From Zancudomyces culisetae HAW-14-8 (Eukaryota > Fungi > Kickxellomycota), in contig JBNJNM010000010.1 in NCBI GenBank assembly GCA_052426225.1, positions 806,001 through 870,000 of the forward strand: a stretch of DNA of 64,000 nt, written 5' to 3'. Positions 35,985 to 48,776 of this stretch are shown here, piece by piece. Position numbers and translations under genes: made by a program. The stretch's first letter is position 1. Every line of letters begins with the position of its first letter. The notes beneath the pieces were generated by a model. The model was given only the letters and a program-made list of their open reading frames with translations. It searched no databases and was not told where the DNA came from.

Positions 35985-36310
35985 ATACATCCTTTGACCG
36001 TGTACCGCTCAATTGATATCACCTTACGGACTTACATTCACTGACATCTCCCAAAACATTAAATTCAAGCACATATTTTCATTTGTTTTTGTCTATTATT
36101 TTTTTATTTACACCTTGATTCTTTTTTTTTTTGGGAAATAAGTAGTAAAAGTATATCTGTCATCAAAGTCATGCAAAAAAAAAGAAGCATATACATACAC
36201 ATACACATACACATATTCTACTCAAAACTCCATTGCTCTAGCTTTTTGTGCAATTTTGCTGAGTTTGGCAACATCTGCTTTCTGTCATTGTTGAAACAAA
36301 AGTGGAGTTT

Positions 36311-37891
36311 TCATAGTTCGATGTTATCCACGTCGAGTTGGTTTTGCTCGGCGTGTTCCTTCTCTATTCTGAATATCACCCATACAAACCTTCGAATAAC
36401 TTCAAGTAAGCCAAGGGAAAAGCCTAAGCCTCTTATCTTGTCCGCTCGAATATGTGTTGATAGCTTGATTGTCCAGCTGGCTCTGAGTATAAAATCCATT
36501 CCAATCACCAGATAATACAAATACCGTCTGGTTTTAAAGTATAGATTCTTTCGTAACGAGAACTGATCCATATCAACTTCCATACCAGTGTGAACATTAG
36601 CACCAAAATCGTTATCCACGAGTATACTTGTATTTACATTTTCTAGTTCTTTGTCGCCATCCATTTCAATTTCCTCGTATACTAATTCGGAAAGGTTTGT
36701 ACCCCAAACGGTTCCCAATCCCCAGTCAAAGACCACATCCCAATAAAACGAATACACCGAGTTTACAACCGCAAAAATGAGCCAACAGTAGAATAATGCC
36801 TGCAAAAACCAATCATTCTTTTTCTCATTTATTTCCATATACTGCTTTTGAAACTCGGATAAAAGGATCAACGGAATAGACGTCAGATACTTTACTGCGT
36901 TGGCGATGGCCCGCTTTCTTGTCAATACATCGCTGGATGACGCGTAAAACTCGTTGATACACTGTTTGAATCGTAGTAAATATGGGATCCTATTTTGGGT
37001 GCAAAAACGTTAAACCCCAACATTAGGATTGCTCGTCTACAACTTTTTTTTTTTTTGAATGCCACACGGTTGTTACCAGAGTGGAGAAACGAAGCATAGT
37101 ATATAAGGCAAGCCCTCCTCCTCCCCCATATCTATGAATAGTCCAATATCCAATTTAGTACACAGAAAATCCTTACATAGTTAAGAGTGTACTGAGAATT
37201 ATAAAATTTTCAGCATCCAGAGCTGCATACTTGGTATCATACACCCCTCTTTCAACGCCTAAACCCAACATTTCCCAATATTTACTTGCCATTATTTTCT
37301 TAAAATCTCGAAACAGAATAACGCCTATATCTGCCATTAACCGTGAACAACTTGTGAGGATATCCGTAAAAACTACATCACTTAAAGTAGCTTTATCACT
37401 GGAAAACACATTGACAACCCGTAATCCCGTCCTATATATACACAGGTTAGCCCTTTTATCAACCAAAAATCGCTACCCTGCTATTTTTCTTAACAAAGAA
37501 AAGTCTCACCATATTGAAATGTATTGAGTTATTCTCCCTTCAAGCTACATTACCTTGTAAATGCTGTCCTTAAATTTAAAAACAGAAAGTTGTATGGTAC
37601 AGAAACGCACACAAGAACAACACTAATCCCTATTATCTCCAAGGTGGCTTGAAATTGTGCACTAAAAATCGAACTAATAAAGTTCAGAATCAAAACCATA
37701 ATAATAAAAATGAGAGATATTCTAATTACTCCCCCATGATAGTTGTTTTGTTTTAGTTGAGTGCCTGGTGATAGATCTAGTATATTATGAACTGGTATTC
37801 TCAACTTTTTAAAAATAAGCAGATCAACACCCCAGGCCAGTCCACACATTCCCAACAGCAATAGTGATTGATAGATTGGTAGCATTTGCAT
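36311..37891 (-). CDS. ERD1: EXS-domain membrane protein (ERD1-like), 3 exons
   Basis: DVVFTDILTS, IPYLLRFKQCI, NAVKY, NSVYSFYWDVVFDWGL, DFILRASW, LEVIRRFVWVIFRIEKEH; no SPX domain seen. Confidence 0.85.
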
Positions 37892-38533
37892 TAAGTTTAG
37901 GATTCTTCGGTTTTTTTTTTTTTAAAGATTTCCGTTCTATAAAAGTGTTTGTACAATTCCTTTTTCTAAATTAAAGTCGAACCCTTTGTACAGTAATCGT
38001 ATCGTTCTTGTTAGGAGGTACTAAATTCCGCTCATTCATTACCGCTGATCAGCCATACATTTACTTATTCGTTTCTGTTTATATTTAAAATCGTTAAATT
38101 CACAGTTCTGGTAAACAGATTTCTTTATAAAGGCCAAATTGGTTAATTTGTAGAAGCCCAAGTTGCAACTTTATTTTGCAGCTATACACCAACTTCACAT
38201 TTCAAATTCCAGTCATTTATTATTCGTTAAACAAAAAATTTTTTTTTCTCCGAATAAACTCGAGGAATGTTTCAGTGTAAAGAAAAAACACAAATGAGAA
38301 AAATGCAAGCCCAGGGAATAGGTGCTAGCAAAGTCTTGTAAAATTCGGAAGAGGGTGCTGATTATGTTTAGCGAATATGTTTAGCACAACACCACCAAAA
38401 GATATCAAAGCCCTGGATTGCGCTGTGTATTAGAGATATTGTAGTTTGAACGCACAATCACATAGAATACATAGCTCGTGAAACCTTTCCAATCATAAAT
38501 AAAGTAAACACAAAGGATTAGCCAATACCATAA

Positions 38534-40436
38534 CTAAAGTAAAGCGTCAAAGTTCACAATCAGTTCGGCATCCGTAGCGCTGTCTTGGTTGCTATAATAC
38601 TCGTCCTCGCTGAGCTCTTCAAAAGTCATCATGTTTGGCTGCATCTGGTCATAGTTGACATTGTTTTTAGGGGAGAAGTATTGTTCGTCCGACAATCTAA
38701 TCGGTAAGACCCTAGTACTCAATTTCCAAAGCTCTGCGCCATCCAAATATGGTCTGGTAAGGAGCCAGTGTTGAATTGTTAGATCCTGGTAAATCGGTAC
38801 TTCGTTCTCAGAAAATAGAAGCATTCCTATGGCTTTCACAATATTTTTGTGCTCCGTTTTCCCCCCTGGAAGTCCGAGCACACTGGTAGATACCGACTCT
38901 TTAATTGGTTGGCTTCCCTGAATGTCGCCGTCGGCCGTGTTATCATAGTAACAGCTTTTCATTAAATCCTCATGAGCCTTAAGAAGTTCTGCCCCCGGAC
39001 CTGTAACAAGCTTCTCTTCGTTTCCATTGTTGTGACTGTGCATAAACGTGTATTCTTGATACAATTTTCTAATCTCGTCTTCGTGGTGCTTCATATAAGG
39101 AATGGAGGCCAAGAGTCGTCCTTTAAATTTCAATTCGGTCAACTCCTTTTTTTTCTGCTCCAAAAATGTAAAAATATGCTCAAAATATCCATCAGTAGTG
39201 TAGGTATCCACGTCCAAGATACTTCCAGCCCATTTCCACTCATTTATCGTTTGTATTAGAGGCTGACTTGAATGCACACCAGCTATCTCACCCTTTCGAA
39301 GCCTGTTCAGTTCAGTTCTACTTAACCCTTGTAATACGGCTGTTCCCCCATTGAAATCCCCGTACAATTGTATAAGAATTTTTGCTAACAATGTATATTT
39401 TTCTTCATACTCTCTGTACTGATTCTCTCTTTCCTTACCTCCCTCCAAATTAATGATATATATCTTTGATATTAATTGCTGGGCTATAAAATTTCTGAGG
39501 TAAATACCAAAATCCACCATTCTTTTACCATTCAAAACACAAGTCCTGTTGTTTTGTACATACCCTACTATGTCCACCTTTGAGAATAGCTCGGCGTCTA
39601 TTCTTGATATCTCTCTGGCCAGATCCCCGATATCAATGTCCTCCAATTTCAGGTTTTCAGTTATCTGCATATGTATGTACAGTTTCTGAACCTTGTCGAC
39701 TCCTATCTTTTCCTGCTCAAATATCCCCAAAAGCTCCTTTCTGCTTAATGCGCTCTTATTCTTCCGGGTTTTCATTTTTTTTATTTTTTCATTGTTTCTG
39801 CTTGCAATCCGCGATAGTTTTATCAGTTCTCTTGTTAACTTTGAGAGCGGTATCTCAGGAGTCTCTTCTCTTTGAGTTTTCGATGTCCTTTCCCTTCTAC
39901 TCTCTATAATTCCAGAAATCGTCACATTGCTGATTTGTGCTGCCTTTTGCCTTTCAGATGTTTCTGATAAGTTTTCCCTAGCCCCTACTCCTTTATCTCT
40001 CCCAAACTGTGCTGTATTATTGGAGGTATAGTTTAATGGTGGAAGAGCTGCCGCAGATTTTTTCAGCTCAGAGTAGACATCCTCGAGCTTTGCAATAACA
40101 AATCTTATATCTTTTAATGATGTTTCCTCCTCGATAGAACCTAGTATCAAAAAAAGGGACTCTGTTGTAAAAGAATATTTCTGCTAAACGTTGGTAATAT
40201 GTACACTTTGCTTTGCATACCTTTTCCCACAAATTCCTTCTGCTCACTGACCCAGCCCTCAATGTACTCTAAATATTTCCAGGCAGATTCCTATTTGTTA
40301 AAGCAATTGATGTCTGTTATAAAAAACCGTCTTATAAATCTTTTTTTTCCCTGAAACCTACCCTTAAATTTCCGTCCCGATGCAATTTAGATCCAACTTT
40401 AAGTAGTTCCTCTTTATTCATAGTTTGCGAATGCAT
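38534..40436 (-). CDS. Divergent RasGEF (CDC25-like) domain protein; 5' exon structure uncertain
   Basis: 538-aa ORF with LAREISRIDAELF, DFNGGTAVLQGL..LNRL, IPY and ELWKLS..P, resembling RasGEF conserved regions. Confidence 0.6.
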
Positions 40437-40976
40437 TTGTTTTGTGCACTAAAACGCAATATTTTTCCTAAGCCAAATGACAGAGACAAATAGACTGCTG
40501 ATATTAAGTGGTGTATTTATTTGAACGTGTTTAATAATTAGCGGTATTTCCTTCAGTTTTTTTTTATAACTTTTTGAAATGTGACACGAATTGAAAAACC
40601 AAGCAAAAAAAAAAAATAACGACGTTAATAAACACATTTATGAGCACAGTCCCGTATTTTAATCTGACTCAAGTGTCAAAGCGTGCTATAATGATCATTC
40701 GAATGGGCAAAGATGTGGTTAGTATTGCAAACATGTTGTTTACTGTGTACAGGCTTTTCAGTGTACCACTAAAAAAGGGGTTGGTCGTCGAAGATACATA
40801 CTAGTAAAGCTAACAATCTTACCTAGCCAAAAAAAATAATTAGGGAAGCCTATACTATAGTTCAATTACCAAAAACAACACGTATAACTCGATCCCTGTC
40901 ATGTTTTTATGAATGTGAAAGGAGTACATACACATGCTGAATTATATCCGACGAGTAAACCAAACATAACCACAAG

Positions 40977-41205
40977 AAAAAAAACGGGCTCTTGGGAGAA
41001 GGGTGTATGTATGGTCTACCAGAACCCAAGCTATACCCTTGACTAAAAAACTCTGTTTGCAACCATACCAACCCATAGCAGTCCAGCCCATACCCTTTAC
41101 AAGCATTCTTTGCACCAACCTGCGGCAGTTATCGGTGAGGCGGGATGTATTAAATAGTTGTACCAGAATCGGTCCATACACACCGCATACTATCAAAATT
41201 CTCCC
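40977..41205 (-). ncRNA. Candidate structured non-coding RNA of unknown class
   Basis: Complementary termini, an internal G-U-supported stem, upstream TATA and a 3' U8 tract (see finding). Confidence 0.3.
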
Positions 41206-41424
41206 TCATAAACCACTATTTATATATCTTTTAATGCATATATATTGCCACCATGCACAGGAAATCAACTTCCACAACTCGTTGGAACCAACATTTAAAG
41301 AAATGAAGCAAAAGAAAGTTTATTCTACATATTTATTTAAACTGCTCCAAACATAATTATGAAATTAATATGACGAAATATTAACTTTAAAAGTCGACAC
41401 TCAAAAACCTAAAAGAATACTCGC

Positions 41425-42022
41425 TTAGTTGAGCTTGCGTCTGAAGGATGATCCTATGATTTTAAGTATTTTCATATTTAGCTTGGTTGATTTCCCCTCT
41501 ACTCTCCCGCTTACTTATCAAAAATCCATTGAGATGCAAACAAAATGTAAAAATATTAAATGTGTTTACCTTCTGTAAGACGGGCCAATCCACCAGTTGG
41601 CTGGCAAAGGATGGTTGAGCAACCGTTGCACACAACTACTGTTTGGGCGTGACTGAACACAGTGGTGATGTTATAACATCCGTGGCACTTTACGTCCATA
41701 AAGTATGAGTTTGGGCTTTGTACAACTCTCTTGAGCTTGTGTGTACGCTTAACAACCTCTGCGGATGGGTTCAATAGATCTACTGCAAGCTATTTTATAC
41801 ATAATTCGAATCATATAGTAACGACCTTTCCCATTACGCTTTCACCGGTGAAAGTTAGAATCCATTATATTTATTTTTGAATCCGCAATACACCGTTGTT
41901 ATAGCTTTTTGCTAATTAAATCGTCCCTGTGAAAATTATGATGCGACATCGAAAGCAAAATCTAAATACGACAGCAAAGTATACCGGTGTATATATGTAT
42001 TGTTGATGCTACTTACCACCAT
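41425..42022 (-). CDS. RPS27: 40S ribosomal protein S27 (eS27), exons 42022-42017, 41789-41570, 41453-41425
   Basis: MV|[58 protein letters not shown]|SSFRRK. Confidence 0.97.
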
Positions 42023-43903
42023 TTTTATTCTTAACTACTGTCTGTTCTTGTATGTTTGTGTATCTCACTTTATATTTTTGCAGCAAAGTTGTAGAGAAAA
42101 GTCTTTAATTTAATTTTGTATTTAATTTTATAGATTCAAGTGATTGAATGTCACTCTTAATTATTATTGGCTATACAGATTTTATTTCAATACTTATTTT
42201 AAGCATAAAAAATTATTACTAATAGCTTGTAACTATTGGCAAATCAAAAAAAATAATGGAGGAAACCACATTTGAGTTTTCTAATTAATGTGAGGACACC
42301 AACATTTTTCTTCAAGCTAGGCAACACCACAATCCATATTTGCAAACACGCAAAAACGAGATTAATACGTACTGTTTCATGCTAAAGAAACACAAAGATT
42401 TCTTTAGCATACATGCAAGCTATGTGTACATTTCCTATAGCTCCACGTCCCGGTTGCTTACATTTCAATCCGAAATTCATTGGGTTTTAATGACAAAATT
42501 TTATGATATAACCTTCCCTGTTAGGTTCTCCATGGGTCAAGGTGTGTGTAGGTAATTTTTAAAGAATACGATCATAACATAACATGGTCTGTACTTCTTG
42601 ATATTTTACTGATACTTTAAAATCTATCTAGCTTATATGAAATATCCTTAATCATCCAAAACGCAGCATTTTTCATTAGGTGCTAGTCCAAGCAAAAAAA
42701 GCTACTTATCACTTGACTTCTTTTTTGAATTTGTTTATCTTTGCAAGATTATAGTATCCATGGGTTACATCAAAGTGTATTAAGGTGTACAGTATGTCTT
42801 GAGTACGCGGCGTGGTCATTGGCTATACAGTATTAATCCGCTATGCTAGCAATATAACAATTACCCTCCGGGAAAATAAAATAGAGTTTATTGATACAAA
42901 ACCGAATAATCTTAGTTTTAATTCAGTATTCATACCTTTCGATCGGTTAGCTAGCTTTTGTTATACATTCATTGAAACTATTTATTCTCATTTTTTTTTG
43001 AATTCTGGTCAAAAAAAGGGGGGCAGCAGATCTCCTATTTAGTTTACAAATGCTACTTTGTCTTTGGTGTTGTGGCTATTCAGCAGCTCAATAACTTCGA
43101 GTGGTGCTTTTCTGTAAGGATATTGGCTAAAGATGTGTTGATTTAATTTTGATTTTTTTACAGACAAATTTCAAATTAATTTTAGTTCGCTAACAAGGCC
43201 TAGAGAATTAGAAAAAAAGGTCTTGAAGATATTAATGTAAAACACCTAAATAAAAATTAAACATTAATAATGCTCTAACAGCCATACAATTCCAAAGAAA
43301 ATGTTTTTCTCTAATAATTATATTTATTGCGATAAAGCTGAGGGTATACATATCATGTACTTAAGTCTAGGCCTAAAATCTAAACTTTTAACGCAAAAAC
43401 ACCTAGCATATTCTCCTTGGTTGTAGATACAAAGCAAGTATACCAATACTTCGTTTAACAACATCTGTGGCCGTATAGTGTTTTTGTTGTTTTTATCACG
43501 AATGCTTGCATTTAGATTCCACAAATGTTGAAGGGTGTTTATATATATCTAAATCCGAATATAAACCTGTTCTAAACCAATTTTCTGGCCAACTACAAGT
43601 AGTCATACATAATACACAAAAACTCCCAAGCAAAAAGTATACATATAAATAAATTTACAGCTGTCTTTTTACTAATACTTGGTAAAGCTACACATAAATT
43701 ATACTTAACTATAAGATTAAGCTTTAAAAGAATAAAATCAAGTTTCTTTAAACTAGTACTCGAGTACTCTTATTGAATATACAAAACCAGAGAAGTAAAT
43801 TAATAATTGTGTGTTACAAACTGAGGGAAGAAGGTATAACACGTAACCAAGGCATCCAATCCAAGGAGAACAAGATATATGAAGTAAAAGTATATAAAGT
43901 AGA

Positions 43904-46900
43904 ATGGCCACAGAGGAAACTGAAGGTATGTTTTTTTCTTTAATCAATAAAAAAAAAGACATCATAGCTATGCTTATTTGTACTCGCTATGTGTGTGTAA
44001 ATGAAGTTAAAGTATGTGTTTGTAAAAATAGTATCCAGCAAGTACACAATCAACAGGCATTTTAACAGTACGTGTTTTATATAAAAAGCAATATATATGG
44101 GTACATGTACACAACTAACATTTCAAATCATTCAGTTATAGATAGGTTCAGTGATAAAGCGTTACAAAGAGTGCTTTGCGCAAACAATCTTGCTAATAGC
44201 GTAAAGGATACACTGGTAAAAGATAATCACTATACAGGAGCAACAAAACACATAGGAAACTCGACTTTATCCACTTCTGATGATCTTTTGTATGAAAGAA
44301 ACGATAAGATCTCAAGGTATCTCAAAAATAAGATTGTCTTTAATGTTCGTAGAGCAAACCTGGCAAAAAGAAATATTGTCATTTCACTTTTAAGAATGAA
44401 GAAAAACAACAAAAAATTTGGGTGGGGAAGTAATAAAGAAGAGATTCACATTCAAGATGGGTCTAGCACATTGCTTGAGAAATCTACAAAGCTAGCACGA
44501 ATATCACCCTTCAAGCACCATGGTATGGTATCTAAAAAAAAAGAAAAGCGATCAAGTAACAAGTTTGTGACCAAGATAAACCGAAAAGTTTCATTTAAGT
44601 ATAAGTATGTTTTTTCTTGTGATAATCAAAGGAAGAGTTTAAAAAAAGATCAAGGTATTACTATTATGAAAAACCCCAGCCCTCAAGTACAAACAATACC
44701 TAGGCGTTTAGTGCTCACAAAGTTGCCGAAAAACAATCCAGCGCTGAATGCATATAATAAAAGGTTAAATGCTAGTATTGCAGGTGGGAGAACTGTTTAC
44801 GATAGGTATCGAGATCCGATCTACAATGGGACAGTTGATTGTAGTTTAATGCGTTGTCGTCTTATCTTAAAAAGGACAAGTGTACATAATAGAGGGTATA
44901 AAACTAAGGTCCTTGAAAATAGTAATTCTTCAATTCTAGCTGATTATTCCTTATTCCTTAGAAACAGCAGCTCTAAACCTTATAGGGTAGCAAAAAAAAC
45001 AGTTGAAAAAAAGGAGAAAAGACAGTTTAAGTATGGAAAACAAAAGATTTTAATCAAAAGAATACGCGAACTGGATTCAACGTACAGGCAAAACCCTTCG
45101 CCTACTGCAATGAAAAGAGAAGGCATAAAAACCAACTCTAGTGAATTGTCGGAAAACTCAAATACAGTTGAATTGCATACAATCCATTCTATTTCAGATA
45201 AAGCAGAAGTAGAATCAGTTAATAAAAACCTGGATAGCCCTATAAATACTACTGAGAAAAATGATCAAGAGTTTAGTTTGTGTTTACCAGACATGTTTTA
45301 TTATAAACGCTACTCAAAAGACAGGATTCTTATAGAAAATCGTATTCCTGATAAAGCTTTATGTGATATATCAAAACCAGAGGATAAAAAAAATAAAAAG
45401 AAAGTGCTTGTATCCTCAAAAACAGGGATCAACAATAGTAAAAAATTATCAAAAGGGAGTGTAAAAAGGCTTTCAAAGAAATACAGAATAGAACTGTCAG
45501 ATAAAGACTTGGTAGGTGATACGTGTGTTGTGCAAGCTATGTTTGATACCAACGTAAATAATTGGAGAGATGTCATACCAGAGATGGAAACCATACCAGT
45601 CGATGGGGAAAAAGAGGATGTTGATAAACGGGTTTCTGAGTATAACATTGAGTTATCTAGCGATAAAAAAGTATTTGAAGAAAAACCTATAGCTCCTAAG
45701 TCCGAGAAAAGCCCTATTTTGACGCATTGCAAAAAAGCTGATAACATCGGTTCAGAAAACACAAAGAGAGCTTCTGTTGGACACAGAATAAGTAAGCGCC
45801 GGAGTAGTAAGACAATGTTAATATTAGGAGATGCCTATAAATGTGGAGGTGGTGGTGCTTTTGTGTGCGGTGAACGACGTACCCAACCAAAAGCTGGCAG
45901 GAGAAGTGGGTGTAGAGTGCTTTCCGAAGAGTTTGAAAAAAGGTACACATCGTTGTTTGAAAGCTCAGTAGTAGACATAATTGGTTACACCTTCAGAAAA
46001 AGCACCTTATACGAAAACCCTGAAGCCGAAAACAAAACCTCTGAAAAAAAGGATGTCGGAAAAGGAATCAAAAAGGACGGAAAAAGAGCTAGCACGGATA
46101 TAAAGCACTTAAACAGAAGTAGGAGTATGTACAGCATTAGGGAGAAAAGGCAAAGTAGGAATATAGCAGCAATACAGGAGATAAATGCCAATGATTATGA
46201 TTTTATGCGAACAAACAGTATTATCAAACGGGACCGACACAGTAAAACGGAGTTTATCAAAGAAAAAAATAACATCTACCCTCATCTCGAAACAAAGGAA
46301 TCAAAAACTGTTCACGAAATAAATGAACACAATGCAGTGTTCGGGATAGGCCTCGATGACGAGCATTTTTTTCAATCTAATATAGAAAAAATAACCAGCT
46401 GCAAAGCGGAACCGGAGTGTAAGACGAAAAATAAGATAGTCGTACCACGAAGACTTAGTATTTATAGAAATAGCAAAAATAACGGCTCGAGTAATGATAT
46501 TGAAGATAATTTTCGGTTTAAAAAGGGTAAAAACAGTGTTGGTAGGTTCAAGGCTAGTGTTAAACGATCAGTCTCAAAGATCGAGAGGGTAATAACGGAT
46601 ATTAGAGTTGGTAGCGACAGAGAAATTAAACGGTGCATATCACACAGAAATGCAATAGCTATTACAGATACTTACCCAAGCAATGACTGTGAAGCTCGGT
46701 TTAACGATAAAAAGACTGATAGTTACACAGAACTAAAGGGTATACTTAAAAACAGCAGCAATGTAAAAACAACGAAAAAGACTGACGCGAGTATAAACGT
46801 AGCTGAGTCAGTTGGAAAAAATACTCTAATTAGTCCAACCTGCAGTTATACAGATATCTTAGAAAAAACGGCTTGTGGTGAGCAACATCCATGTTCAACA

Positions 46901-47254
46901 TCGGTGATCTCTGTGGCAGAGAAAGGAGTTACGAAAAAATGGTCTTTTTCAAATAAAAAATTTCTGTTTTTTAGGGTAAAGCCATTTAGTTTTTCAAGAA
47001 GTTTGAGCAAGACCAAGTCTATGAATATAAAAAATCATCACCCATTTAGTTCTTCGAGGAAAAATATCAAATTCGATAGGACAGTAGCTGTATTCGAATC
47101 ATATACCAATAAGGAATACGATCGAAGCGGCTACCAGGATTTCGACTTGGATGAAGAAACAGCCATGTCTATAAAATGCGAGTTGAACGAATATAAACGC
47201 AGTGAAATGAGGGTTCATGAAGATTCTATTCAAAACACACATTATATATATTGA
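43904..47254 (+). CDS. Large Lys/Ser-rich protein with Bni4/PHACTR-like C-terminal PP1-binding region; exons 43904-43925 and 44142-47254
   Basis: C-terminus KNIKF..VFESYTNKEYDR..IKCELNEYKRSEMRVHEDSIQNTH; GILK motif upstream; ATG..G|gtatgt donor and actaac..tag acceptor are in frame. Confidence 0.75.
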
Positions 47255-47789
47255 ACACTCGTTTGAGAGAAAAAATTAATTTATGGTAATAGCAGGCTAA
47301 AAAAAGATTCTCTTGTGAAATCAAAGCTAAGTTATACTTGATTTCGTTTTTCACTTTTCCTACAATGTTTAATTAAAACTTTAAAATAACGTCTATTAGC
47401 ACTTTAAGTATTTCTTATTAATAAACAACGTCATAATATTTAACTACGTACATACAGATGTAATAAAACTTTCATAATGTGAAAAAATGAGGAGGAGAAA
47501 GAGGAGAAGGGGGGGGGGGATAATAGTGCACTTTTTTAATCATAAAAAGCGTAGAGGAGGGTAGCCACAAGCCTCAGACTGAGTCTTCTAAAAAAAATAA
47601 GAGAAGGATGTACTTTTTTCCAACCCTTTGACACTTAGAGAAACAAAATAGGAAAGTGGATAATTAAATAAACATGACAGAGTTGATTTTTATGCAGAAA
47701 TTCAGTTATATCCAAAATGAAGAGCACCAAAAAACGTGACTGTTGAGAGAATGAAAATAAATAAAGCACTATCAAAAAAGATTATAATG

Positions 47790-48776
47790 TTACAGAGTCT
47801 TCAGGCTTCGAGATACTTTGTACTCCGCGTGTATGATGTTCTCTACAGATCTGCTGTCTCGTATGTAAAAAAGTCTTGCAAACATACTATGAAGAAATAT
47901 ATCTACAAACCCCAGATCCCTAAGCACCACCTCCACAAAAAAGTCCCACAAAAATCCGTAAAGCATGCCAACGGAAAACCCAACAATCACCTGTTTCAGC
48001 GTATGATAGCCGAGATACACTCTAGTATTTAAGTGGAATCCATATTTACAAAATTTAGTCTGGATTTGATGTAACTAACTATCCAAGACTAGTTCAACGT
48101 ATTTAATAAATACATTTAACAAAAAAAAAACAAACTTAATTAATTCTAATGAGTCCTGGCTTACCTAGATGCGGTTACCATAAATGAAAATATAAACACA
48201 AGTATTGTTGCTAACAACTTTTCTGAGCTTGAAATTCTAGTTCTATGGAATTATACAACATATTTTTTGTCTGGCTCTTTTTTCATTTATTCTTACATAT
48301 CTTAGTTAATTCGCACCATATCTTTAGTTGCAATACTTACTTGAAATTGATATAAGTGGTAAAATAAATTAAAAAATAACCCATAAACTGCGAATGGCTC
48401 GATGGCATCCCATACCCAGTACCCAACCCTACACATTAAGCGCTTTGTTAATCAGTGTATAAACAATTAAAAAGACGCTAGTAGCATGATTACTCGCAAT
48501 AAAAGGCAGAACCTTACGAAAATAAAAAGATAATGATACACACTTACCTGCAGGTCGACTTTCTCTGAAATAAGATTTTAACATTGTGTTGAAAACTTCG
48601 TTGCTAAGTTGACCAATTAGAAACAAGAGCCCTGCCACCTCCCTTCTGGATACAAATGTAACAGTCTCAGCCACTACTAGAAATATGGGAATCAGACTTG
48701 AAAACGCCATAAGCTCGCCCAATTTATCATTTTTTTCAAATTGAATATGTGTCAAGCTGAAAGATCTGAGCTCCAT
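47790..48776 (-). CDS. CAX4: Dolichyl pyrophosphate phosphatase (PAP2 family, CAX4/DOLPP1), 4 exons
   Basis: FSLTHIQF, SRRE..GQLSNE..LK..RP, G|..GYGMPSSHSQFM, SR|VYLGYHT..QV, IRD. Confidence 0.92.

Noticed and set aside
41790-42016. Intronic snoRNA in RPS27 intron 1
   Set aside because: No RUGAUGA/CUGA box pair or convincing H/ACA layout on the sense strand.
42642-42649. ATATCCTT resembling a U12-type AT-AC donor
   Set aside because: Intergenic, with no flanking exons or U12 branch site identified.
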